The notes beneath the pieces were generated by a model. It saw nothing but the letters and a program-made list of their open reading frames with translations, had not been told where the DNA came from and searched no databases. From assembly GCF_000012905.2 (NCBI RefSeq), contig NC_007494.2, positions 60,001 to 92,000 of the forward strand: 32,000 bases of DNA, written 5' to 3'. This document shows, in pieces, positions 1 to 8,308 of this stretch. Source of the stretch: Cereibacter sphaeroides 2.4.1 (lineage in GTDB: Bacteria > Pseudomonadota > Alphaproteobacteria > Rhodobacterales > Rhodobacteraceae). The stretch's first letter is position 1; each line of letters opens with the position of its first letter. The position numbers and the translations under genes are program-made.

Positions 1-314
1 CCGGACGCAAGGGAAGACTGGCCCATCGAGCGCGTCAGGTTGAACAGAGACTCACGGCACGCGCCGTACCTACACCCATACAAATCTCTGTTCAATGTAT
101 GGTTCATGTCTTCGTGGGGAAGAAGGGTGGCCCCCTATTCTCTAACAATGTCCAGGGAAGTGTCGGCACGTTTCGCCGCGCATCACGCGTGCGTCAGGAG
201 TGTCAGCGGCAAAATGTCCGTTGATTCATCCAGATTGTAAGCCATACAAATGGCCGATAGGCGGCTCGGCAATGCCTGCCGCGATGCGTGTCGCTCCAAC
301 AGAAGGTGATCCCC

Positions 315-1538
315 ATGGAGTTCTCTCAGCACTTCCAGAAGCTCATTGACGACATGCGACTGGACGGGCGGTACAGGACGTTCGCGGAACTCGAGCGCAT
401 CGCCGGGGAGTTTCCGACCGCGCTCTGGCATGGTCCGGACGGGCAGGCCAGACGCGTGACGGTCTGGTGCAGCAACGACTATCTGGGCATGGGCCAGAAC
501 GCCGAAGTGCTGGCCGCGATGCACCGGTCGATCGATCTGTCGGGCGCCGGCACCGGAGGCACCCGCAACATCTCGGGGACCAACCGGCAGCACGTCGCCC
601 TCGAGGCGGAACTTGCGGACCTGCACGGCAAGGAATCCGCGCTCATCTTCACCTCCGGGTGGATCTCCAACCTCGCGGCTCTGGGCACGCTGGGCAAGAT
701 TCTGCCCGAATGCGCGATCTTCTCGGATGCGCTGAACCACAATTCGATGATCGAGGGCATCCGCCGGTCCGGCGCCGAGCGCTTCATCTTCCACCACAAC
801 GATCCCGTCCATCTGGACCGGTTGCTTTCGTCCGTCGATCCGGCGCGCCCGAAGATCGTGGCCTTCGAAAGCGTCTACAGCATGGACGGCGACATCGCCC
901 CCATCGCCGAAATCTGCGACGTGGCCGAGCGGCATGGTGCGCTGACCTATCTCGACGAGGTTCATGCGGTCGGACTTTACGGCCCGCGCGGCGGCGGCAT
1001 CAGCGACCGCGACGGGTTGGCGGATCGGGTGACGATCATCGAGGGCACGCTCGCCAAGGCTTTCGGCGTGATGGGCGGCTATGTCAGCGGCCCGTCCCTG
1101 CTGATGGATGTGATCCGCAGCATGTCCGACAGTTTCATCTTCACCACCTCGATCTGCCCGCACCTCGCGGCGGGGGCCCTCGCGGCGGTCCGGCATGTGA
1201 AGGCTCATCCCGACGAGCGCCGCCGGCAGGCGGAGAATGCGGTGCGCCTCAAGGTCCTGCTGCAGAAGGCCGGTCTCCCGGTTCTCGACACGCCCAGTCA
1301 CATCCTTCCCGTGATGGTGGGCGAGGCGCATCTCTGCCGCAGCATCAGCGAGGCGTTGCTCGCCCGCCACGCCATCTACGTCCAGCCGATCAACTATCCG
1401 ACCGTGGCTCGGGGGCAGGAGCGGTTTCGGCTGACGCCGACGCCCTTCCATACGACGTCTCACATGGAGGCACTGGTCGAGGCGCTCCTCGCCGTTGGCC
1501 GGGATCTCGGATGGGCCATGTCGAGGCGGGCTGCCTAG
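315..1538 (+). CDS. hemT: 5-aminolevulinate synthase, HemT isozyme (407 aa)
   Basis: Track ORF 288..1538. The likely start is ATG 315, 8 nt after GAAGG (302-306). The translation [23 protein letters not shown]... carries ALAS/alpha-oxoamine synthase motifs: [25 protein letters not shown] and the PLP-lysine context GTLAKAFG. I recognise the N-terminus as R. sphaeroides HemT rather than HemA (MDYNLALD...). Confidence 0.93.
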   Translation: MEFSQHFQKLIDDMRLDGRYRTFAELERIAGEFPTALWHGPDGQARRVTVWCSNDYLGMGQNAEVLAAMHRSIDLSGAGTGGTRNISGTNRQHVALEAELADLHGKESALIFTSGWISNLAALGTLGKILPECAIFSDALNHNSMIEGIRRSGAERFIFHHNDPVHLDRLLSSVDPARPKIVAFESVYSMDGDIAPIAEICDVAERHGALTYLDEVHAVGLYGPRGGGISDRDGLADRVTIIEGTLAKAFGVMGGYVSGPSLLMDVIRSMSDSFIFTTSICPHLAAGALAAVRHVKAHPDERRRQAENAVRLKVLLQKAGLPVLDTPSHILPVMVGEAHLCRSISEALLARHAIYVQPINYPTVARGQERFRLTPTPFHTTSHMEALVEALLAVGRDLGWAMSRRAA

Positions 1539-1909
1539 GCAGGAGCCACCACCGGCTCTCGGTCCCGTGGCCGGCGCCTGCGCGGGATCGAAGCGCTCTC
1601 GCCCGCCGGCCATGCGCAACGGACCCGGGTGCCGGAAGACACGCCATCGGATCCGGCAAGGACGGCGTGTTCGTCGCGGAGGGCACCCGGACAGGCGCTG
1701 CGGGATCCGGCGCCGTCATCCTCTCGGCCGGAGAGATCGCCTTGATCCGGCATCCCCCGAAGCCGTGGACGCGCCGTGCCTGCGTCGACAGCTTGGTCGT
1801 CCGGATGGCCGCTCTTCCCGGCGTCCCGTCCTGGCCAAACGCCGATGCCGCCGGAGCCTGTCTCATGCCCGCTCCCGGGACAGAGGGCGGGACTGCGGAA
1901 GGCCGCTCC

Positions 1910-2641
1910 TTACCGGGCGCTCCCGGCAACCGCAGCCAGCAGGGTCGCGCGCGCACCCTCGACATGGGCGACCATCGCCCCGCGCGCGCCGGCGGCATCG
2001 CCCGCTGCAATCAGTCGGCCGATCTCGGCATGGTCCTTGTGGTCGGGCGGATAGCGCAGCTCCGACCGCCATTCGAGGAAGAAGAACCGCTCGTATTCGC
2101 GGATGATCTGCACGGCGATGCGGTGCAGCCGCGCGTTGCCGGTGGCGATGGCTATCGCCTCGTGAAAGGCGTTGTTCAGCACCGCCTGCTCCCGCAGGAG
2201 CCGCAGATCCGGATCCACGACCCGGTCATAGGCTGCCGACGACCTCTGGGCCAGGCTCACGATCCGCTCCAGATCCTCGGGCGTCGCCCGCTGGGCCGCC
2301 ACCTCGGCGCAGGTGCCCTCCACCATGGCGCGGACGTCGAAGATCTCGCCGATGTCGGCCACATGCAGCACCGAGACGACATAGCCGCGGCGCGGAATGG
2401 TCTCGACCAGCCCCTCGACCTGCAGCCGCAACAGCGCCTCGCGGATCGGCGTCTTGCTCATCTCCATCTCGGCAAGAAGATCGGCCTCGGTGAAGGTCAG
2501 CCCGGGCGGCATCTGGCAGGTGAGGATGCGGTGGCGGATCGCTTCGTAGGCGCGAGCGGTCAGCGACGGTGCGCGCGCCCGCTCGGCGCCCGCCGACTCG
2601 GTCTGGAACACCGGGACGATCGTCCGTGTGCTGATAATCAA
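1910..2641 (-). CDS. GntR-family transcriptional regulator with FadR/FCD-type C-terminal domain
   Basis: Track ORF of 243 aa. TTG start at 2641 lies about 5 nt after a strong SD (GGAGGGGA on the minus strand). The N-terminal winged HTH reads LTFTEADLLAEMEMSKTPIREALLRLQVEGLVETIPRRGYVV, followed by a helical FCD-like C-terminus. It is divergent from the ABC operon. Confidence 0.85.
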   Translation of the reverse strand: MIISTRTIVPVFQTESAGAERARAPSLTARAYEAIRHRILTCQMPPGLTFTEADLLAEMEMSKTPIREALLRLQVEGLVETIPRRGYVVSVLHVADIGEIFDVRAMVEGTCAEVAAQRATPEDLERIVSLAQRSSAAYDRVVDPDLRLLREQAVLNNAFHEAIAIATGNARLHRIAVQIIREYERFFFLEWRSELRYPPDHKDHAEIGRLIAAGDAAGARGAMVAHVEGARATLLAAVAGSAR

Positions 2642-2746
2642 GCCATCCCCTCCCTCTGGGCGATCAAATCTTACGCAAGCCGAACCATGAGGCCTTCATC
2701 CCCCTTAGCACGGCCCGAGGTGCTTTCAAATTGAGAATATGCGCAC

Positions 2747-2756
2747 TGATATATCA
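2747..2756. promoter_or_regulatory. Perfect 10-bp palindrome TGATATATCA in the GntR/ABC divergent intergenic region (candidate operator or -10 region)
   Basis: The sequence is self-complementary and read directly. It lies 29 bp upstream of the proposed permease start and about 105 bp from the GntR start. Function is not demonstrated. Confidence 0.3.
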
Positions 2757-2784
2757 CGAGATGCATCAAGAGGGATCGCTCTCC

Positions 2785-3729
2785 GTGGCAAGCTACCTGT
2801 TCAGGCGATTCCTGCTGGCGATGCTGGTTCTGGCCGTCGCGCTGCTGATCCTGTTTTGTCTGGTCTATGCGGTGCCGGGCGATCCGGCGACCGTTGCCCT
2901 CGGCCCGCGGGCCACCGAGGCCCAGAAGATCGCCTTCCGCGAGAGGATGGGGCTCGATGACCCGATCGTGGTGCAGGCCATCACCTACCTTGGACTGCTG
3001 CTGCGCGGCGACATGGGGGTCGACCTGCTCAGCCAGCGGCCGGTGGCCGATCTGGTGCTGGCCGCGCTGCCGCGCACAGTGCTGCTGGCGGTGGTGGGAC
3101 TGGGCTGGGCGGTGGCCCTCGGCCTGCCGCTGGGCGTCGTCTCGGCCCTGCGGCCCAATACGCTGATCGACCGCATCGTTGGCGTGATCTCGACCAGTGT
3201 CGTGGCCCTGCCGGCCTTTCTCATGGCGATCTATGCGCTGATGCTGTTCTCGGTGACGCTGGGCTGGTTTCCCGCCATCGGCGCCGGAGAGCCCGGCCAT
3301 TACGCAAGCCAGGCGCGGCACCTCGTCCTGCCGGCGCTCGCGGTCGGCATTGCCTGGGTCGGCTATATCGCCCGGCTGGTGCGGGTCTCGATGCTGGAGG
3401 TTCTGGCCGAGAACCACGTCCGGACCTATCGCGCCTTCGGGGTCTCGGACCTGCGGATTGCGATGCGCTTCGCGCTGCCCATCGCCGTCGCGCCGGTGCT
3501 GTCGGTGATCGGCGTCGGGATGGGCAATCTGCTGTCGGGTGCCGTGCTGGTCGAGGTGGTCTTCGCCCGGCCCGGCCTCGGCGCGCTGGCCTATGACGCG
3601 GTGATCAGCCGCAATTTTCCCGTTCTCTTCGGCTCGGTCGTCGTGACCACCGCGCTCTATGTCACCGCCAATTTCCTCGCCGATGCGGCGATCGCCGCGC
3701 TCGATCCGCGCGTGGCCAAGGAGAGCTGA
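2785..3729 (+). CDS. ABC transporter permease, DppB/OppB type
   Basis: Track ORF 2731..3729. I prefer GTG 2785, 9 nt after AAGAGGGA, because the N-terminus then reads VASYLFRRFLLAMLVLAV..., typical of DppB-like permeases; ATG 2761 or 2731 remain possible. The protein is multi-TM and ends in the C-terminal DPRV motif. Confidence 0.82.
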   Translation: MASYLFRRFLLAMLVLAVALLILFCLVYAVPGDPATVALGPRATEAQKIAFRERMGLDDPIVVQAITYLGLLLRGDMGVDLLSQRPVADLVLAALPRTVLLAVVGLGWAVALGLPLGVVSALRPNTLIDRIVGVISTSVVALPAFLMAIYALMLFSVTLGWFPAIGAGEPGHYASQARHLVLPALAVGIAWVGYIARLVRVSMLEVLAENHVRTYRAFGVSDLRIAMRFALPIAVAPVLSVIGVGMGNLLSGAVLVEVVFARPGLGALAYDAVISRNFPVLFGSVVVTTALYVTANFLADAAIAALDPRVAKES

Positions 3730-3730
3730 G

Positions 3731-4624
3731 ATGTCCGACCTTCCCCTCGTCCGGCTGCCGGCGGCGTCGCCCGGGATCGCCACAGCTCTGGGGCATCTGC
3801 GGACCGTCCGGCGCAACCCGGTGGGCGCGCTGTCGCTGACCTTCATCCTGGCTCTGATCGCGGTTGCGCTGTTTGCGCCCTGGATTGCGCCCCACGATCC
3901 GACCGCCATCGCGCCGCGCCTGCGCATGCAGCCGCCCGGGCCGGGCCATTGGCTGGGCACCGACCAGCTGGGGCGGGACGTGCTCAGCCGGCTGATCTTC
4001 GGGGCCCGCACCGCGCTGAAGGTGGCGATCACCGGCACGGTCGGGGCGCTGTCGGCGGGGCTGGTGCTGGGCCTTGCCGCGGCGCTCGGGACGCGCTGGA
4101 TCGACAGCGCGCTGGTGCTGATCAACGACTCGCTCAAGGCGCTGCCGCTGGTGCTGTTCGCGCTGGTGCTGGTGTCGATCTACGGGCCGTCGCTGGCGAT
4201 CCTCGTCACCATCATCACCCTCTCGATGGCGCCGGGCTATTTCCGCGTCGTGCGCAATCAGGCCCTGGTGCTGCGCAATGCGGATTACGTCATCGCCGCC
4301 CGCGCGATGGGGGCCTCGCGGCTGCGGGTCGCGGTCAGCCATCTGCTGCCCAATCTGGTGGGGCCGCTTCTGGTGCTGGTCGCAATGGATATCCCGGCGG
4401 TGATCGGCATCGAATCCGGTCTGTCCTTCCTCGGGCAGGGCGTCCAGCCGCCGGAGTCGAGCTGGGGCACCATGCTGTCCGAGGGTTACACCTATCTGCG
4501 CCAGGCCCCGCATATCGCGCTGACCGCCGGCCTGCCGATCATCCTGACCACAATCGCCTTCACCTTCTTTGGCGAAACGCTGCGGGACGCCCTCGATCCC
4601 CGCGCCGCAAGAGGCCGCAAATGA
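3731..4624 (+). CDS. ABC transporter permease, DppC/OppC type
   Basis: ATG 3731 is 1 nt after the upstream stop (TGAGATG). The N-terminus has RRNPVGALSLTFILALIAVALFAPWIAPHDP, characteristic of DppC, and the binding-protein-dependent transport motif ARAMGASRLRV. Confidence 0.9.
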   Translation: MSDLPLVRLPAASPGIATALGHLRTVRRNPVGALSLTFILALIAVALFAPWIAPHDPTAIAPRLRMQPPGPGHWLGTDQLGRDVLSRLIFGARTALKVAITGTVGALSAGLVLGLAAALGTRWIDSALVLINDSLKALPLVLFALVLVSIYGPSLAILVTIITLSMAPGYFRVVRNQALVLRNADYVIAARAMGASRLRVAVSHLLPNLVGPLLVLVAMDIPAVIGIESGLSFLGQGVQPPESSWGTMLSEGYTYLRQAPHIALTAGLPIILTTIAFTFFGETLRDALDPRAARGRK

Positions 4625-5592
4625 CCGCTGTTCTGTCGCTGAAAGAGGTCGGCATCCGCTACGATCCCGATCCCGCCGCAGCGCTCGCCGTGCGCAATGT
4701 GACGCTGGAGGTTCATCCGGGCGAGACCCTGGGCCTTGTCGGCGAAAGCGGATCCGGCAAGTCGAGCCTTGCCGCGGCCATCGCCGGTCTGCTGCCCCGG
4801 CAGGCGGCGACCGAGGGCCGGGTGACCTTCGACGGCGTCGACATGGCTGCGATGGATGCCTCCGCGCAGCGCCGGCTGCGGGGGGCCAAGATCGCCACCA
4901 TCGCGCAAGACCCCTTCACCTCGCTGAACCCGGTGGTGCGCATCGGCCGGCAACTGGTCGAGTTCCAGCACTGGCGGCGAGATCTGTCTGCGGCCGCCCG
5001 CTGGGCCCGCGCCGCCGAAATGCTGGCCCGCGTCGGCCTGTCGGACGCCGAACTCCGCATGCGGCAGTATCCGCATCAGCTGTCGGGCGGGATCCGCCAG
5101 CGCGTCGCCATCGCCGCGGCCCTGCTGGTCAATCCGCGCCTGCTGATCGCGGACGAGCCGACGACCGCGCTCGATGCCACCACCGAGGATCAGATCATCG
5201 ACCTGATCCGCGCCGCCCGCGCCGAAATGGACGGGGCCGTCGTCTTCATCACCCATGACATGGGGGTGGTGCGCCGGCTGTGCGACAAGGTTGCCATCCT
5301 CTATGCCGGCGAGCTGGTCGAGGCGGGCCCGGTCGATGCGGTCTTTGCCGCACCGCGTCACCCCTACACCCGCGCTCTTCTGGCCTGCGACCCGGCCGGC
5401 ATTGCCGAACCCAGCCGCAACCTGCCGACGATCCCCGGCACCGTTCCGGCCCCCTCCGATCTGCCGCCCGGCTGCATCTTCGCGCCGCGCTGCGATCGGG
5501 CGCTGGCGATCTGCCACAGAACGCGCCCCCAGCGCACCGAGGTCGGGCCCGGCCGCGCCGCCGCCTGCCATCTGACCGGAGCCGCGGCATGA
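4621..5592 (+). CDS. ABC transporter ATP-binding protein, DppD/OppD type
   Basis: ATG 4621 overlaps the upstream stop (ATGA). Walker A is GESGSGKS, the signature is LSGGIRQRV and Walker B is [12 protein letters not shown]. The C-terminal oligopeptide-type extension carries four Cys. Confidence 0.92.
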   Translation: MTAVLSLKEVGIRYDPDPAAALAVRNVTLEVHPGETLGLVGESGSGKSSLAAAIAGLLPRQAATEGRVTFDGVDMAAMDASAQRRLRGAKIATIAQDPFTSLNPVVRIGRQLVEFQHWRRDLSAAARWARAAEMLARVGLSDAELRMRQYPHQLSGGIRQRVAIAAALLVNPRLLIADEPTTALDATTEDQIIDLIRAARAEMDGAVVFITHDMGVVRRLCDKVAILYAGELVEAGPVDAVFAAPRHPYTRALLACDPAGIAEPSRNLPTIPGTVPAPSDLPPGCIFAPRCDRALAICHRTRPQRTEVGPGRAAACHLTGAAA

Positions 5593-6590
5593 GCAGCGAG
5601 GCCACACTCCCGCAGCCCGTCCTGCTCGAGATCAACGACCTGCAGGTGCGCTATCCGGTCGGCTCGCTGCTCAGCCGGCTGGCGGGCGGCCCGCGCGAGG
5701 TCAGCGTCCTGCCCGGCACCAGCCTGCGCATCGGCCCGGGCGAAACCCTGGGCCTGATCGGCGAAAGCGGGTCGGGCAAGACCACGCTCGGCCGCGCGGC
5801 CATCGGGCTGACGCCGATCTCGGCCGGCAATATCCGCATCGGTCAGGATGTCACCTCGATGGCCGGGGCCAGGATCTGGGACAGGATGCGCCGCGGCGTC
5901 GGTTTGATGTTCCAGGACCCGGTCGCGGCGCTGAACCCGCGGATGAAGATCGGCCGCTCGGTCACCGAACCGCTCGTCATCCATGGTGCGCTGACCGGCG
6001 ACCGCCGCGCCAAGGCGGTCGAGCTGCTGGCGCAGGTCGGGCTGACCGAGGGCTTTGCCGACCGCTATCCGCATGAAGTGTCCGGCGGGCAGGCGCGGCG
6101 CGCGACGGTGGCGCGGGCGCTGGCCCTGAAACCGGCGCTCGTCATCGCGGACGAGCCGACCGCCGGCCTCGATCTGTCGGTGCAGGGAGAGCTGCTGAAC
6201 CTGCTCAACGATCTGCAGGCGCGGCTCGGGATCAGCTTTCTGATGATCACCCACAATCTTGCCGTGGCGCGCCATGTCACCGACCGTATCGCCATCATGT
6301 ATCTGGGGCGCATCGTCGAGACCGGCCCGACGGCGGAGCTGTTCGCTCGGCCCGCGCATCCCTATACCCGCGCCCTCCTTGGGGCGCGCGGCCGGCCCGA
6401 CCGGGCCCAGCCACCGCTGGAGGGCGAGGTGCCGAGCCTCGCCCGCCGCCCGAGGGGCTGCGAGTTCAACACCCGCTGTCCGCTCGCCACCGACCGTTGC
6501 CGCGCCGCAGCACCCGAGCAGCGCAGCCCGGCCCGCGGCCGCCTCGTGACCTGCCATCGGGCCGAAGAGCTGATGGCAGCCCCGCAATAA
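5589..6590 (+). CDS. ABC transporter ATP-binding protein, DppF/OppF type
   Basis: ATG 5589 overlaps the upstream stop (ATGA). Walker A is GESGSGKT, the signature is VSGGQARR and Walker B is LVIADEPTAGLD. The C-terminal extension carries four Cys. Confidence 0.92.
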   Translation: MSSEATLPQPVLLEINDLQVRYPVGSLLSRLAGGPREVSVLPGTSLRIGPGETLGLIGESGSGKTTLGRAAIGLTPISAGNIRIGQDVTSMAGARIWDRMRRGVGLMFQDPVAALNPRMKIGRSVTEPLVIHGALTGDRRAKAVELLAQVGLTEGFADRYPHEVSGGQARRATVARALALKPALVIADEPTAGLDLSVQGELLNLLNDLQARLGISFLMITHNLAVARHVTDRIAIMYLGRIVETGPTAELFARPAHPYTRALLGARGRPDRAQPPLEGEVPSLARRPRGCEFNTRCPLATDRCRAAAPEQRSPARGRLVTCHRAEELMAAPQ

Positions 6591-6627
6591 CCACAACAAC
6601 ACCTCCCAACAGCAGAGAAACATCATC

Positions 6628-8187
6628 ATGACCGGACTCCCCCTGAGCCGACGCAGGTTCGTCCAGACCGCCGCCGCCGCGGGTCTTCTGATCCCCGCCG
6701 CGGGCCTTGTCCCCGGTGCCGCGTTCGCGCAGGAGGGCCGGATCCTGCGGATCCGTAACGACGGCGACATGCGCCGCCTCGACCCGGCGACCCGCGGCGG
6801 CTGGTATGACGAGACGGTGATGTTCTCGATCTTCTCCGGTCTCGTGCGCTACAAGGCCGGCGACGCGTGGGGATGGGAGCTGGACGCCGCAGAGAGCATC
6901 GACGACAGCGATCCGCAGCATGTCAAATTCACCCTGCGCCCCGGCATCCAGTTCACCGGCGGTTTCGGCGAGATGACCGCCGAAGATGTGAAATTCTCCT
7001 ACGAGCGCTTCCGGGATCCCGACGTCAATGCCGTCTATGGCGCAGATTGGGCGGCTCTCGACCATGTCGAGGTCACCGGCACCCATAGCGGCATCATCCA
7101 CCTCAGCCGCCCCTTCGCGCCGCTGTTCACCTCGACCCTGCCGCATGCTTCGGGGCTGATCCTGTCCAGGGCCGCGATGGAGGCCGCGGGCAGGTCGGTG
7201 ATCGACACCGATCCTCTGGCCTGTTCCGGCCCCTATCAGATCGCGGAATGGCGCCCGCGCGAGCTGATCCATCTGGTGCGCAACCCCGGCTGGGTCGGGC
7301 CCGCGCCCCATTTCGACGAGATCCGCCTGCTGCCGCTGACCGACCTGATCTCGGCCGAGACCGCCTTCGACGCCGGCGACATCGACGTCACGCAGATCGC
7401 GGTCAACTCCATCGCCGTGCGCGATGCGGAGGCCGACAATCTGGTGGTCAAGCCGGCGCTGGCCTACACGTGGCTCGGCATGAACATCGAGAACGAGGTG
7501 CTGCTGGATCTGCGCATCCGCCGCGCGATCCAGCATGCGATCAACACCCGGGAGGTCGTCGAAGGCACCTTCGGCGAGGCGGTCACTCCGGCCCATGGCC
7601 TGATCCCGCCGCCGCTGCTCGGCGCACGCGAGGCCAATCTCTACGGCTACGATCCCGACGCCGCCCGTGCCCTGCTGGCCGAGGCCGGGGTGCCCGCGCT
7701 GCAGCTGACCCTGTCCTTCAACGGCGATCCTGACATGATGATCGCCGCTCAGGTCATTCAGGCGCATCTGGCCGCCGTCGGCATCACGCTGGAGATCCGC
7801 GCGATGGATGGTGCGACGCTGACCGCGCAGCAGCAGGACAGCGAAGGCGGCACCTACAAGGACATCCAGCTGTTCTTCTCGACCTTCACCACGGCCCCCG
7901 ATCCCAGCTGGGTCACCGAATGGTTCACCTGCGCCCAGATCGGCGACTGGAACTTCCAGCGCACCTGCTCGGAAGAGTGGGACAGCAGGAATGCCGCCGC
8001 GGCCGAGGAGAGCGACCCGACCAGCCGCGCCGCCACCTATGTCGATCTGCAGAACCAGCTGGAAGAGACCGGCGCCTATGTCTTCCTGATGCATGGCGTC
8101 AATGCCTGGATCTCGAAGCCCGGGATCCGAACCGCCTACAGCGCCGATGCGCAATGGGCGCTGCTGCGCGACTTCGCGGCCGTGTGA
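6628..8187 (+). CDS. ABC substrate-binding protein, family 5 (peptide/nickel/opine type), Tat signal
   Basis: 519 aa. The N-terminus MTGLPLSRRRFVQTAAAAGLL...AFAQ is a twin-arginine signal. The family-5 hallmark is FTLRPGIQFTGGFGEMTAEDVKFSYERF. Confidence 0.9.
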   Translation: MTGLPLSRRRFVQTAAAAGLLIPAAGLVPGAAFAQEGRILRIRNDGDMRRLDPATRGGWYDETVMFSIFSGLVRYKAGDAWGWELDAAESIDDSDPQHVKFTLRPGIQFTGGFGEMTAEDVKFSYERFRDPDVNAVYGADWAALDHVEVTGTHSGIIHLSRPFAPLFTSTLPHASGLILSRAAMEAAGRSVIDTDPLACSGPYQIAEWRPRELIHLVRNPGWVGPAPHFDEIRLLPLTDLISAETAFDAGDIDVTQIAVNSIAVRDAEADNLVVKPALAYTWLGMNIENEVLLDLRIRRAIQHAINTREVVEGTFGEAVTPAHGLIPPPLLGAREANLYGYDPDAARALLAEAGVPALQLTLSFNGDPDMMIAAQVIQAHLAAVGITLEIRAMDGATLTAQQQDSEGGTYKDIQLFFSTFTTAPDPSWVTEWFTCAQIGDWNFQRTCSEEWDSRNAAAAEESDPTSRAATYVDLQNQLEETGAYVFLMHGVNAWISKPGIRTAYSADAQWALLRDFAAV

Positions 8188-8193
8188 TCCGGC

Positions 8194-8213
8194 CCGGCCC
8201 CTGCGGGGGCCGG
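8194..8213. terminator. GC-rich hairpin after the binding-protein gene (possible attenuator or terminator)
   Basis: CCGGCCCC (8194-8201), loop TGCG, GGGGCCGG (8206-8213): a perfect 8-bp stem with no U-tract. Confidence 0.3.
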
Positions 8214-8308
8214 CACCACGATCCGGGCCTGCCATCGCACGCCCGGCCCCCCTGTCTCAGTTGCACGAACCGGCCGCCCGCCTCTGCCCGCGCCGGAGGG
8301 AGATCGTC

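Noticed and set aside
1-25. Possible minus-strand gene start (CAT at 23-25, reading MGQSSLAS leftwards out of the window)
   Set aside because: Only 8 codons are visible and there is no SD, so it cannot be supported.
147-219. Short repeats AATGTCC (147-153, 213-219) and AGTGTC..GGCA (159-168, 199-211) in the hemT leader
   Set aside because: These 7-10-nt imperfect repeats have inconsistent order and spacing. In an AT-richer 300-bp region this is within chance expectation.
221-234. FNR-like half site TTGAT-TCAT-CCAGA upstream of hemT
   Set aside because: Only the left half matches TTGAT-N4-ATCAA and the right half is unrelated. It is too weak to call.
40-240. 66-aa ORF in the hemT upstream region
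   Set aside because: It lies in the AT-richer leader, has no SD, uses atypical codons for this genome, and has no recognisable sequence features.
1568-1612. Long-range pairing TGGCCGGCG (1568-1576) / CGCCGGCCA (1604-1612) after hemT
   Set aside because: The 27-nt loop and the absence of a U-tract make it unconvincing, and such 9-bp GC complements are common in this composition. I have not called it as a terminator.
183-1619. 478-aa minus-strand ORF covering hemT
   Set aside because: It is antisense to a confidently identified gene. The Arg/Gly/Pro/Ala-rich, low-complexity translation has no recognisable motifs, as is typical of a high-GC shadow ORF.
467-2734. 755-aa plus-strand ORF spanning hemT (off-frame), the gap and the GntR gene (antisense)
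   Set aside because: It stays open only because stop codons are rare in GC-rich DNA. It overlaps two well-supported genes and the translation is Arg/Pro/Gly-rich junk. Only the short 1640-1765 part is noted separately as a weak coding-like signal.
2749-2757. 9-mer ATATATCAC shared by the two ABC-operon promoter regions (also at 16589-16597)
   Set aside because: This is most simply an AT-rich -10-like promoter element in both cases. A single shared 9-mer is insufficient to propose a common regulator.
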